A stretch of 61,332 nucleotides of DNA, counting the filler. It is 6 parts of 6 records of this genome, joined end to end, with 100 filler letters (N's around TTAATTAATTAA, not from the genome) between each part and the next. Parts side by side here need not be neighbours in the genome. Positions count along the whole stretch, not along the records: positions 5,898 to 14,346 come from SRR31156797_2682; positions 14,447 to 23,443 come from SRR31156797_2693; 4 more parts are not named here. One strand, given 5' to 3'. This document shows positions 9,610 through 19,892 of the stretch, piece after piece. A program made the translations under genes and the position numbers. The notes under the pieces were generated by a model that did not search any database, had not been told where the DNA came from, and worked only from the letters and a program-made list of their open reading frames with translations. How positions within the stretch are numbered: position 1 is the first letter of the stretch; each line of letters starts with the position of its first letter.

Positions 9610-10976
9610 TAGGTGGTGGATATCAGGCTTATCCTGAGTATCGGGATTCCGGGGTTGAGTGGATTCAAGAAATCCCTGAGCATTGGGATGGGGCTAAACT
9701 ACGTTGGATTGGGAGAATATACTCAGGAGGCACGCCTTCAAAAAAAATAGAAGGATACTGGAAAAATGGTACTATTCCGTGGTTGAATTCCGGGGCAGTC
9801 AATCAAAATAAAATAGGTGTCGCAAGTACGTATATAACTGAGATAGCACTAAAAAATAGTAGTGCGAAATGGATACCTGAAGGTGCACTTCTGGTAGCTC
9901 TAGCCGGGCAAGGAAAAACAAAGGGAATGGTAGCCCAACTTGCAATGAAAGCAACTTGTAACCAATCAATGGCTGCCATTTGCCCAACCATCAAAATAAA
10001 TGAAAGATATTTATATTGGTGGTTAAAATCAAATTATCAGAATATTAGAAATATGGCTGGAGGAGACCTTCGTGATGGATTAAATTTAGACCTTCTTGGT
10101 GATATAGGTTGCCCTTTACCAACCGATGTAGAAAAGCAAAAAATATCTGATTTTCTAGACCACGAAACCCAAAAAATAGACACCCTCATAGAAAAACAAC
10201 AACAGCTCATCAAACTGCTCAAAGAAAAACGGCAGGCCGTGATCAGCCATGCGGTTACCAAAGGGTTGAATCCTGATGTTCCCATGAAGGATTCCGGGGT
10301 TGAGTGGTTGGGGGATGTGCCTGAGCACTGGGATGTTGTTCGGTCAAAAGTTCTATTTAAAGAACGGCTCGGACGATCAATAGCAGGTAGCGAAGAACTT
10401 CTTACAGTTTCACATATCACAGGTGTAACAAAGAGGTCTGAAAAAGATGTAAATATGATTATGGCCGACTCATTGGTAGGCTATAAAATATGTGAAAAAA
10501 ATGATCTGGTAATCAATACTATGTGGGCCTGGATGGGAGCAATGGGATGTTCTTTTCAAAATGGAATTGTAAGCCCATCTTATAACATTTATCAAATACT
10601 CGACCAACAGAGATTAAATGCTCGCTTCATTGACCTTTTGGTTAGAACACCTGAATTCATATCAATTGCTACATCTCATTCAAAAGGGATATGGTCATCA
10701 CGACTTCGCTTATACCCTGAACCATTTTTTAATATTAAGTTTGCAATTCCCCCTTACAGAGAGCAGATTGATATAAAAAATCATATTGAATTTCAGACAG
10801 GGCTTTTTAGCAAAATTATTGATAAGTGTAAAAATTCTATCGGTTTATTGATGGAACGAAGAACAGCCCTAATCTCAGCAGCAGTAACCGGCAAAATAGA
10901 CGTCCGCAATTGGCAGCCACCGAAACAATCCAATCAATCAGATCAGGCTCCGGCAACCAAGGAAAATCCCTCATGA
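9606..10976 (+). CDS. hsdS: Type I R-M specificity subunit with two TRDs
   Basis: Conserved repeats [16 protein letters not shown] and [34 protein letters not shown]-terminal [13 protein letters not shown]. Confidence 0.95.
   Translation: MIGGGYQAYPEYRDSGVEWIQEIPEHWDGAKLRWIGRIYSGGTPSKKIEGYWKNGTIPWLNSGAVNQNKIGVASTYITEIALKNSSAKWIPEGALLVALAGQGKTKGMVAQLAMKATCNQSMAAICPTIKINERYLYWWLKSNYQNIRNMAGGDLRDGLNLDLLGDIGCPLPTDVEKQKISDFLDHETQKIDTLIEKQQQLIKLLKEKRQAVISHAVTKGLNPDVPMKDSGVEWLGDVPEHWDVVRSKVLFKERLGRSIAGSEELLTVSHITGVTKRSEKDVNMIMADSLVGYKICEKNDLVINTMWAWMGAMGCSFQNGIVSPSYNIYQILDQQRLNARFIDLLVRTPEFISIATSHSKGIWSSRLRLYPEPFFNIKFAIPPYREQIDIKNHIEFQTGLFSKIIDKCKNSIGLLMERRTALISAAVTGKIDVRNWQPPKQSNQSDQAPATKENPS
9644..10307 (+). 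repeat. 19-bp direct repeat GGATTCCGGGGTTGAGTGG at the start of each hsdS TRD
   Basis: Identical copies at 9644-9662 and 10289-10307. Confidence 0.85.
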
Positions 10977-13900
10977 ACTTCTACGGCGGTGATAAGGCAA
11001 AGGAATTCGTTTTTCAAAACGATATGATCGAGCAGCTGCTGGCCAATGGATGGCTGCTGGGAAACCCTGCAAATTACAACCGGGAACTGGCGCTTTATCC
11101 CCAAGATTTGCTGGGCTTTGTCCGGGATACCCAGGATAAGCAATGGGAAAAATTCTGCAAATTATATCCCAAGAATCCTGAACAAAAACTCCTGGAACGG
11201 GTGGCCTCCCAGCTCAATAAGGCAGATCCCAACGCAGCGGATTCCCGGATGCGCACCTTCGGCACCCTGGGGGTATTGCGCCATGAGCTTCGGGACCGGG
11301 GGACCCGGTTTAATCTATGCCAGTTTAAGCCGGAACATGGTTTAAATCCCCATACCCTGGTGCGGTATCAGAAAAACCGGCTGCGGGTGGTCCCGGAACT
11401 GGTGTACAGCCCCTGGGCCACCCAGGCGCATCTTGAAGAAACCGGGAAAAAGGCCAGGCGCTGGCGCATCGATCTGGTATTGTTTGTCAATGGGATCCCC
11501 GTGGCCACCCTGGAATTGAAATCGGAATTCAAACAGGTCGTGCACAATGCCATCAAACAATATAAAACCACCCGGCTGCCCGTGGATCCCGTCACCCGAA
11601 AGCCCGAGCCCCTGTTAACATTCAAGCGGGGGGCCCTGGTTCATTTTGCCGTGAGTCAGTATGAGGTATTCATGACCACCCGCCTTGCAGGGGGGGATAC
11701 CTTTTTTCTGCCCTTTAATAAAGGGACTATGGACGGCGGGGCGGGCAATGATGCGCCCGAAGATGTGAACCGGTATGCCACGGATTATCTGTGGAATGAG
11801 GTGTTGCTGCCGGAAAATCTATTGAACATTCTTGCCCGGTATGTGCATCTGCAGATTGAGGAAAAAGAGGACTGGGAAGGGCGTAAATTCAAGAAAGAAA
11901 CCATGATCTTTCCCCGTTACCATCAATGGGATGTGGTGAACAAACTGATCACGGCGGCCCGCAGGGAAGGGCCGGGGCATAAATATCTGATCCAGCACAG
12001 TGCAGGCTCAGGCAAGTCCAATTCCATTGCCTGGACCGCCCACCAATTATCCTCCCTCTATGACTCTTCCGGCAACAAGCAGTTCAACTCGGTGATTGTG
12101 ATTACCGACAGGACCGTGCTGGATGATCAGTTACAGGATACCATCTATCAGTTTGAGCATGTGCACGGGGTGGTGGGGCGGATCAATAAAAAGATAGGGG
12201 AGGGGTCAAAGTCCGAAAAACTGGCCGCTGCCCTGGAAAGCTCCCAGCCCATTATCATTGTAACGATTCAGACCTTTCCCCATGTGCTGCAGGCCATTGA
12301 AAATAATATCAGCTTAAAAGAACGACGCTATGCCGTCATCGCCGATGAAGCCCATTCTTCCCAGACCGGAACCACGGCCCGCAAGTTAAAAGAGGTGTTG
12401 ATGATCGACACCCCTTCAGGCGGGGATGAACCGCTTTCAACCGATGAGATTTTAGATGCGGTTGTGGAGTCCCGCCGGGGCTCACGCAATCTAAGCTACT
12501 TTGCCTTTACGGCAACACCGAAAACAAAAACCCTTGAACTTTTCGGCCGCCTGCCCGATCCCGGCCAGCCACCCTCTAAAAAGAATAAACCCGAGGCCTA
12601 CCATGTATACAGTATGCGCCAGGCCATTGAAGAGGGGTTTATCCTGGATGTATTAAAAAATTATACCAACTATAAGGTGGCCTATAACCTTGCCCTTAAA
12701 ATCCAGGGGGCCGACCAGGAAGTGGAGAGTAAAAAAGCCAAGGTAAAGCTCAACCAATGGGTACGGCTCCATGATTATAATATTTCCCAAAAGGTACAGG
12801 TGATTGTCGAGCATTTTAAGGACCGGGTCATGGGGCTGCTGGGCAACCAGGCCAAGGCCATGGTGGTGACAAGCTCCCGGAAAGAAGCGGTCCGGTATAA
12901 ATTGGGCTTTGACAATTATATCATTGAAAAAGGGTATCAAAATATCCGGGCCATGGTGGCCTTTTCCGGTGAGGTGGAATTTAAGGAGAATGATCCCAAT
13001 TCAGAGGGGCTGTTGGGAGAAAAGTTCATTGAAACCAATATGAACCCGGACCTTAAGGGCCGTGATATGCGAAAGGCCTTTGATTCAGGTGATTACCAGG
13101 TGATGATTGTTGCCAATAAATTCCAGACCGGTTTTGACCAGCCCAAGTTATGCGCCATGTATGTGGACAAAAAACTGGGGGGTGTGGAATGTGTGCAGAC
13201 CCTGTCCCGCATGAACCGGACCTATCCGGGCAAGGCTGACAGCGGTACCTTTATCCTGGATTTCTTCAATGATCCGGAAGATATTTTAAAATCCTTTAAA
13301 CCCTATTATCAAACAGCCGAGCTTGCCAATGTCTCTGATCCGGATCTGATTTTTGACCTGTTTGATAAATTGCGGGGTGCAGGTATCTTTTTATGGCATG
13401 AGGTCGAGCAGTTTTGCGAGGCGTTTTTTCAAAAGAGTAAGAGTAATGCCGCGATTGCCAATATTTGCAAGCCGGCTCTGGACCGGTGGAAAATCCGGTA
13501 TACATCTGCCATTGATGCCTATAAACAGGCCAGAGAATTGTTTGAACGGACTAAAAAAACAGCCGATGCCGTGCTTGTTGCCAATGCGGAAAACAGCTTT
13601 AAAGAGTGCAAAAAAGAAAAAGACCGTCTGGAAATATTCAAAAAGGATTTAGCCACATTTGTGCGCTTTTATGAATTCATGTCCCAGATTGTCGATTATG
13701 ATGACAAGGATTTGGAAAAACTGAGTTTATACGCCCGGAATCTGCGCCCCATGCTGCGTGAAGCCTTAATTAACGAGGATGATATCGATCTGAACAATGT
13801 GGTATTAAGTCATTATAGATTATCAGCCATTCGCCGGCAGGATCTGAAAATCAATGAGGATGCAGAAGGGTATCAGCTGGAACCGGGTGAAGGGCTGGGT

Positions 13901-14236
13901 TCCGCAAAGGCAAGAGAGGGTAAAGAAGAGTTCCTTTCACAGATTATCAGCCGGTTAAATGAGCTGTTTATCACGGATCAGCTGACCCAAAAAGACCTGG
14001 TAAACTATGCGTATACCATCAGAGATAAAGTCCGGGAAAATGAATCGGTGATGATACAGATTGCCAACAACACCACGGATCAGGCCATGCTGGGTGATTT
14101 TCCCAAAGCCATAGATGATGCCGTGATGGACAGCAGTACGGCCCATCAAAATCAAATGATGCAACTCTTGTCCGATCCGTCTAAGGCCAAAGGCTTTGCC
14201 AGGGTTGTTTTTGATTTATTGAAGCATGTGGCCTGA
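10973..14236 (+). CDS. hsdR: Type I R-M restriction subunit
   Basis: IDLVLFVNGIPVATLELK nuclease motif, QHSAGSGKS Walker A, DEAH box, FTATPK, TGFDQP. The ATG at 10973 overlaps the hsdS stop (ATGA) and is preferred to the TTG at 10910. Confidence 0.95.
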   Translation: MNFYGGDKAKEFVFQNDMIEQLLANGWLLGNPANYNRELALYPQDLLGFVRDTQDKQWEKFCKLYPKNPEQKLLERVASQLNKADPNAADSRMRTFGTLGVLRHELRDRGTRFNLCQFKPEHGLNPHTLVRYQKNRLRVVPELVYSPWATQAHLEETGKKARRWRIDLVLFVNGIPVATLELKSEFKQVVHNAIKQYKTTRLPVDPVTRKPEPLLTFKRGALVHFAVSQYEVFMTTRLAGGDTFFLPFNKGTMDGGAGNDAPEDVNRYATDYLWNEVLLPENLLNILARYVHLQIEEKEDWEGRKFKKETMIFPRYHQWDVVNKLITAARREGPGHKYLIQHSAGSGKSNSIAWTAHQLSSLYDSSGNKQFNSVIVITDRTVLDDQLQDTIYQFEHVHGVVGRINKKIGEGSKSEKLAAALESSQPIIIVTIQTFPHVLQAIENNISLKERRYAVIADEAHSSQTGTTARKLKEVLMIDTPSGGDEPLSTDEILDAVVESRRGSRNLSYFAFTATPKTKTLELFGRLPDPGQPPSKKNKPEAYHVYSMRQAIEEGFILDVLKNYTNYKVAYNLALKIQGADQEVESKKAKVKLNQWVRLHDYNISQKVQVIVEHFKDRVMGLLGNQAKAMVVTSSRKEAVRYKLGFDNYIIEKGYQNIRAMVAFSGEVEFKENDPNSEGLLGEKFIETNMNPDLKGRDMRKAFDSGDYQVMIVANKFQTGFDQPKLCAMYVDKKLGGVECVQTLSRMNRTYPGKADSGTFILDFFNDPEDILKSFKPYYQTAELANVSDPDLIFDLFDKLRGAGIFLWHEVEQFCEAFFQKSKSNAAIANICKPALDRWKIRYTSAIDAYKQARELFERTKKTADAVLVANAENSFKECKKEKDRLEIFKKDLATFVRFYEFMSQIVDYDDKDLEKLSLYARNLRPMLREALINEDDIDLNNVVLSHYRLSAIRRQDLKINEDAEGYQLEPGEGLGSAKAREGKEEFLSQIISRLNELFITDQLTQKDLVNYAYTIRDKVRENESVMIQIANNTTDQAMLGDFPKAIDDAVMDSSTAHQNQMMQLLSDPSKAKGFARVVFDLLKHVA

Positions 14237-14346
14237 CCTATTGGAAAGGCCTGGTTTTTTACCTGGGATACCGCCATCCGGACCTGGCCGAAATATACTT
14301 ATCTTGACTTTGTACCTGAGAATATGAAAGAAAGCATGATGACGCC

Positions 14347-14446
14347 NNNNNNNNNNNNNNNNNNNNNNNNNNNNNNNNNNNNNNNNNNNNTTAATTAATT
14401 AANNNNNNNNNNNNNNNNNNNNNNNNNNNNNNNNNNNNNNNNNNNN
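14347..14446. other. Artificial contig spacer
   Basis: N-run, TTAATTAATTAA, N-run. Confidence 0.97.
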
Positions 14447-14447
14447 T

Positions 14448-15197
14448 TATAAATGGAATATGGGCTGGATGAACGACACTTTGGACTACTTTGAGGAAGA
14501 TTTTGAATCACGGAAATATAATCATGAGAAGCTGACATTCTCATCAGTTTATTTAAGAGATGAAAAGTATACTCTCCCTCTGTCACATGACGAAGTTGTT
14601 CATGGCAAGAAACAATTGCTTGATAAACTGCCTGGAGACAACTGGAGGAAATTCGCAGGACTGAGGACTCTCCTAGCTTATCAGATGTTTTTCCCTGGGA
14701 AAAAGCTACTATTTATGGGTTCAGAATTTGCTCAGCGTATAGAGTGGAGATACTACGAACCGCTTGAATGGTTCATGCTCAAATATCCAATCCATGACAG
14801 CTTTCATGAGTATTCAAGAAAATTAAATGAAATATATTTAAGCGAACCGGCCCTCTTTGAAATGGATAATGATATCTATGGATTTGAATGGATAGATGGT
14901 GATAACAGAGAACAGGGCGTTGTATCCTTCATAAGAAGAGCAAAGGATGGAACCGAAATAGTAGTTGTACTAAATATGTCCGTATATGAATATCACAACT
15001 TTAGATTAGGTGTACAAAAAGAAGGTAAATACACGGAAATACTGTCATCAAATTTATCAATCTACGATGGGACAGACAATCATAATCCGTGGGAAATTGA
15101 ATCTGAAAATATCGGCTGCCATAATAGAGAAAAGTCCATAGTTATATATGTACCTCCTCTTTCAGCAACAGCCTTTAAAATTTTATTAGGAGAATGA
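14448..15197 (+). CDS. glgB: 1,4-alpha-glucan branching enzyme (5'-truncated)
   Basis: YKWNMGWMND, LPLSHDEVVHGK, PGKKLLFMG, GFEWID; frame open to the contig edge. Confidence 0.93.
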   Translation, partial: YKWNMGWMNDTLDYFEEDFESRKYNHEKLTFSSVYLRDEKYTLPLSHDEVVHGKKQLLDKLPGDNWRKFAGLRTLLAYQMFFPGKKLLFMGSEFAQRIEWRYYEPLEWFMLKYPIHDSFHEYSRKLNEIYLSEPALFEMDNDIYGFEWIDGDNREQGVVSFIRRAKDGTEIVVVLNMSVYEYHNFRLGVQKEGKYTEILSSNLSIYDGTDNHNPWEIESENIGCHNREKSIVIYVPPLSATAFKILLGE

Positions 15198-17611
15198 ATA
15201 TGTACAAGGATATCGTAGAATTCAAAGAGAAATATTTGCAGCTATGCAACGAAACCTTCGCTGACAGTCCTGACATCCTAGAACCGATGGAACAATATCT
15301 TGCTCTTGCTACACTATTATCAGAAGAAATCAGAAGCAAATGGGCATCTTCAAGAGACACTCACAGAGACGGTAAAAAAGTATATTATTTTTCCAGCGAA
15401 TTTTTAATTGGTCATCTATTAACTCAGAACTTACAAGCATTACAGTGTATGGATACTGTTCGAGAGGGACTTGACAGTTTTGGTATTTCACTAGATGAGC
15501 TTCTGGAAATTGAATTTGATGCAGGACTTGGTAATGGTGGTCTCGGAAGACTGGCTGCATGTTTCATGGACTCTATGACTCATCTTGGAATTGCAGGAAG
15601 GGGTAACTGCATTCGTTACAAGCACGGGTTCTTCAGACAAGTAATAGAAAATTTTGAGCAAAAAGAAATCGCTGAAAACTGGCTGGACAATGGTTATCCT
15701 TGGGAAACAAAGAGACCTGGCAGGTCCGAAATTGTACGCTTTGGCGGCAAAGTAAATGTTGAATTCAAAGACGGCAGGCTTCAATTTAACCATGTAGACT
15801 ACTGGGAAGTAAAGGCTGTGCCTTATGAAATATCTATTCTTTCAAATGATAGCTTAAATCATGTAAACTCATTAAGATTATGGGACGCTAAGGCTATGAA
15901 CGGCTTTGACTTTAAAACATATGACAGCGGAGAGTATCACAAAGCTGTATGGTGCAAAATAGAAGCAGAGAACTTAACTCAGATTCTCTATCCAAATGAT
16001 AACTCAGAAAAGGGTAAGAAACTACGCCTGATGCAGGAATACTTCTTTGTAAGTGCAGGAGTTATGGCAATTATTAACGAATTTGATAAGCATAATAATG
16101 GTATAGAAAATATTGAAAATATGGTAAAAATCCATATTAACGACACTCACCCTGCTCTATGTATTCCTGAGCTATTAAGAATCTTCATAGATAAGTATGA
16201 TATGATTTGGGAGGACGCATGGAAAAAAACGCAGAAAATGGTTTCCTACACCAATCATACTATCCTACCGGAGGCACTAGAAACCTGGCACATTGGCATG
16301 ATGCGTGAAGTACAGCCAAGAATCTGTATGATTATTGAGGAAATAAACAGACGCTTTACAAACGAGCTGATGGATGACTGGAGCATAGACAATAGGATTA
16401 TCGACAGTGTATCAATTATTAGAAATGGATGGATTCAGATGGCAGGTATGTCTGTACTTGGTTCACACTCTGTAAACGGTGTTGCTGAACTGCATACTGA
16501 AATACTAAAATCAAGTGTTATGAAACCATATTATGATTTATTTCCGGATAGGTTCAACAACAAAACAAACGGTATTTCTCACAGGATATTCCTGATTAAT
16601 AATAATGACAAGCTGGCAAAACTATTTGATGAGCATATTGGTAACGGATGGAGAGATGATACCTATCAGTTAAAGAAATTACTGGAATTCAAAGAAGATA
16701 AGGAATTCATCGACAAGTTTAAAGCAATAAAATATGAGAACAAAATAACTCTGGCAAATATCATAAAGAACAGAACTGGCTACGATGTAGACCCTGATTC
16801 AATATTTGACATTCAGGTAAAAAGAATACATGCATACAAGCGTCAGCTGCTAAATATACTTGGTATTATGTACAGATGTCTATCTGACAGGGAGTATTTC
16901 AACAACATGCATCCGCATACATTTATATTTGCTGGAAAAGCTGCTCCGGCATATAAATATGCGAAATCTATTATCAGACTTTGCTTAAGGCTTGCTGAAA
17001 GGGTGAACAACGATACATATTTATCAAAGAAAATTAAGGTAATATTCCTGCCAAACTTCAATGTTTCGCTTGCCAGCTATATATATCCTGCAGCAGATAT
17101 TAGTCAGCAGATATCAACAGCAGGTATGGAAGCATCAGGCACAGGTAATATGAAGTTTATGATGAACGGAGCTGTAACGCTTGGAACTCTTGACGGAGCA
17201 AATGTAGAAATCAGTGAATTAGTAGGAGAAAATAATATTGTAATCTTTGGTATGAATGTTGATGAAGTCAAAAAAGCCAGAGAACATGGATACAATTCAA
17301 TGGAATTCTTAGCAGGTCACAATAAATTAAGAGAAATTGTAAACTACTTAAATACCGGCTTCTTTATGGGAGACATGGGACAATTTGAGGATATATTCGA
17401 TTCTTTAACATCAGAGGGCGATTACTTCATGGTATTAAAGGATTTTGACAGCTATATCAAGGCATGCAAAAAATGTGAAGAAATATACTCAAAAGACGAT
17501 GATTTCGCAAAAATGCAGATACATAATATTGCAATGAGCGGTCATTTCTCATCTGATAGGACTATCAGAGAATATTCAAATGAAATTTGGGGCATTAACC
17601 CAACGAAATAA
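15194..17611 (+). CDS. glgP: Glycogen/maltodextrin phosphorylase
   Basis: GLGNGGLGRLAACF, INDTHP, KRIHAYKRQ, EASGTGNMKF PLP site. Confidence 0.95.
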   Translation: MNMYKDIVEFKEKYLQLCNETFADSPDILEPMEQYLALATLLSEEIRSKWASSRDTHRDGKKVYYFSSEFLIGHLLTQNLQALQCMDTVREGLDSFGISLDELLEIEFDAGLGNGGLGRLAACFMDSMTHLGIAGRGNCIRYKHGFFRQVIENFEQKEIAENWLDNGYPWETKRPGRSEIVRFGGKVNVEFKDGRLQFNHVDYWEVKAVPYEISILSNDSLNHVNSLRLWDAKAMNGFDFKTYDSGEYHKAVWCKIEAENLTQILYPNDNSEKGKKLRLMQEYFFVSAGVMAIINEFDKHNNGIENIENMVKIHINDTHPALCIPELLRIFIDKYDMIWEDAWKKTQKMVSYTNHTILPEALETWHIGMMREVQPRICMIIEEINRRFTNELMDDWSIDNRIIDSVSIIRNGWIQMAGMSVLGSHSVNGVAELHTEILKSSVMKPYYDLFPDRFNNKTNGISHRIFLINNNDKLAKLFDEHIGNGWRDDTYQLKKLLEFKEDKEFIDKFKAIKYENKITLANIIKNRTGYDVDPDSIFDIQVKRIHAYKRQLLNILGIMYRCLSDREYFNNMHPHTFIFAGKAAPAYKYAKSIIRLCLRLAERVNNDTYLSKKIKVIFLPNFNVSLASYIYPAADISQQISTAGMEASGTGNMKFMMNGAVTLGTLDGANVEISELVGENNIVIFGMNVDEVKKAREHGYNSMEFLAGHNKLREIVNYLNTGFFMGDMGQFEDIFDSLTSEGDYFMVLKDFDSYIKACKKCEEIYSKDDDFAKMQIHNIAMSGHFSSDRTIREYSNEIWGINPTK

Positions 17612-17632
17612 CACAACAATAGGGGGGCAATC

Positions 17633-18784
17633 ATGAAGAAATATGAAACTGTTGCTATGCTGCTAGCAGGGGGCAAAGGAAGCAGACTGGGCGGACTGAC
17701 ATATGATTTGGCAAAGCCTGCGGTTTCATTTGGCGGTAAATACAGGATTATTGATTTTCCGCTTAGTAACTGCAGATATTCGGATATAAATGTAGTTGGG
17801 GTACTAACCCAGTACCGTCCGCTGCTGCTGAATTCTTATATCAGTACAGGAGCACCTTGGGCTCTTGATTCACTTGACGGAGGAGTAAGTATACTGCCGC
17901 CATATATGGACAGAGACGGTGGCACATGGTATCTAGGCACAGCTGATGCAGTTTATCAGAATATTGAATTTGTAGATCAATATGACCCTGAGAATGTGGT
18001 TATTCTATCTGGTGACCACATTTACAAAATGGATTATCAGGAGTTAATAGATTTCAATGACAATAAAAACGCAGATGCGACAATTGCCGTCAGAAATGTC
18101 CCCTTGAAAGAAGCAAGTCGTTTTGGTATCTTAAATACTGATAAAACAAACTTAATAACAAGTTTTGAGGAAAAGCCTGCAAACCCAAAAGGAACAAAGG
18201 CTTCCATGGGTGTATATATGTTTAAGTGGGAAGTTCTACGCAATGCATTGATTGAAGATGCAGCAGATGAAAACTCCAGCCATGACTTTGGTAAAAATAT
18301 TATTCCAAAGTTACTAGGCGAAAGCAAGAAACTATATGCATTTGAGTTTGACGATTATTGGAAAGATATCGGAACTGTTGACAGCTATTATGAAGCAAGT
18401 ATGGAATTATTGATGGATCCACCACCATTCGATCTAAGTGACAGTGAATTCCCTATTTATTCAAATAATTCAAATACAATACCTCAGATAATTGGAGAAT
18501 CAGCAGAAATCTCCAATTCATTGATATGTGACGGATGCGTAATTGAAGGAAAAGTAGAGAATTCAATTATTTCAAAAAATGTTTTCATTGGTAAAGGAGC
18601 GTGTGTAAAAGATTCAATTATTATGCACAGTGCAACCATCCAGTCAGGTGTCAGTGTAATAAATGCTGTAGTATCTGAAGGAATGAATGTTTCCACAGGA
18701 GTTTTAAAAGGCAATATCAATAAAATTGATAAGGGTATCAGCCTTTTATATCAGCCAAAAACATTAAGTCTGTCTAAGGGGTAA
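17633..18784 (+). CDS. glgC: Glucose-1-phosphate adenylyltransferase
   Basis: [44 protein letters not shown]. Confidence 0.95.
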   Translation: MKKYETVAMLLAGGKGSRLGGLTYDLAKPAVSFGGKYRIIDFPLSNCRYSDINVVGVLTQYRPLLLNSYISTGAPWALDSLDGGVSILPPYMDRDGGTWYLGTADAVYQNIEFVDQYDPENVVILSGDHIYKMDYQELIDFNDNKNADATIAVRNVPLKEASRFGILNTDKTNLITSFEEKPANPKGTKASMGVYMFKWEVLRNALIEDAADENSSHDFGKNIIPKLLGESKKLYAFEFDDYWKDIGTVDSYYEASMELLMDPPPFDLSDSEFPIYSNNSNTIPQIIGESAEISNSLICDGCVIEGKVENSIISKNVFIGKGACVKDSIIMHSATIQSGVSVINAVVSEGMNVSTGVLKGNINKIDKGISLLYQPKTLSLSKG

Positions 18785-18788
18785 ACAA

Positions 18789-19892
18789 ATGAAAAATACT
18801 TTAGGAATAATAATAAACAATCCATCAAGAAATCTTGCAGCCTTAACCGCCCATAGAAATCCACTGACAATGCCATTCTTTGCCAGATATCGTCTGATAG
18901 ACTTTGCACTGTCCAACCTAGTAAACAGCAATGTAAACAAAATAGGAATAATTGCCAGTGATAAATACAGATCACTACTGGATCATGTAGGAACAGGTCA
19001 GGAATGGGGACTGTCTAGGAAAAGCAACAGCTTTATGATACTTCAGGGAACTAGAAAAATAGGCAGCGTAAACTCCCGTGATATTAATATCATGGACTTT
19101 GAAAAAAATGGAATGGTCTTCAAAAGAAATAAAGAAGATAATATTCTGATTGTTTCACCAAATCTGGTATGCCGTATTGATTATTCTGATGTAGTTGCTC
19201 TCCATACTTCAAGCGGTGCTGATGTAACTCTGGTCTGTACAGAGGTAAATGATACACTTAATGAAGATAATCAATTATATGTAAGTACTGACGACGATAA
19301 AGTTACTGAATTCACTTTGGGTAAAAACCACAGAAGCACTCATATGTATGCAGGGAAGATTATAATCAAACGTGAATTAATGATGAAACTAATAGATTTG
19401 GCACCAGAAGTGGGAGAATATGAACTGCTTACTCTCTTGATAGAAATATTTAATACATTAGATGTCAGGTGCTATACGTATGATGGCTATTTAAGAAAAA
19501 TCGATTCAGTGAATGATTATTTCAATACAAGTATGGAGCTGCTAAACACTGATATTTCTTGTGAATTATTCAGCAACGATGAGACTATATATACAAAAAT
19601 AAAGGACAATCACCCCACTCTGTACAAGACCAGCAGTGATGTAAAATCATCATGCATAGCAAGCGGAAGCATAATTCATGGTACTGTCTACAAATCAATC
19701 CTTTTCAGACATGTAGTGCAGGAAAGAAATTCGCAGATTAAAAACAGTATATTGATGGAGGGCTGTCATGTGGGAGAAGGTACAGTTCTAGAATATGTTA
19801 TTGCTGACAGAAACGTTACTATCGGCAAAAATGTAGTTCTCAAAGGAACCGAAGACTCTCCTGTAGTCTTGAAAAAGGAGTTAATTATATGA
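18789..19892 (+). CDS. glgD: ADP-glucose pyrophosphorylase accessory subunit
   Basis: GlgC paralogue lacking the catalytic GG loop (RYRLIDFALSN, RSLLDHVGTGQEWGL), directly after glgC as in Bacillota. Confidence 0.9.
   Translation: MKNTLGIIINNPSRNLAALTAHRNPLTMPFFARYRLIDFALSNLVNSNVNKIGIIASDKYRSLLDHVGTGQEWGLSRKSNSFMILQGTRKIGSVNSRDINIMDFEKNGMVFKRNKEDNILIVSPNLVCRIDYSDVVALHTSSGADVTLVCTEVNDTLNEDNQLYVSTDDDKVTEFTLGKNHRSTHMYAGKIIIKRELMMKLIDLAPEVGEYELLTLLIEIFNTLDVRCYTYDGYLRKIDSVNDYFNTSMELLNTDISCELFSNDETIYTKIKDNHPTLYKTSSDVKSSCIASGSIIHGTVYKSILFRHVVQERNSQIKNSILMEGCHVGEGTVLEYVIADRNVTIGKNVVLKGTEDSPVVLKKELII

Noticed and set aside
10910-10972. N-terminal extension of HsdR from the TTG at 10910
   Set aside because: The ATG at 10973 overlaps the hsdS stop and has AAGGA upstream, so it is the more plausible start.
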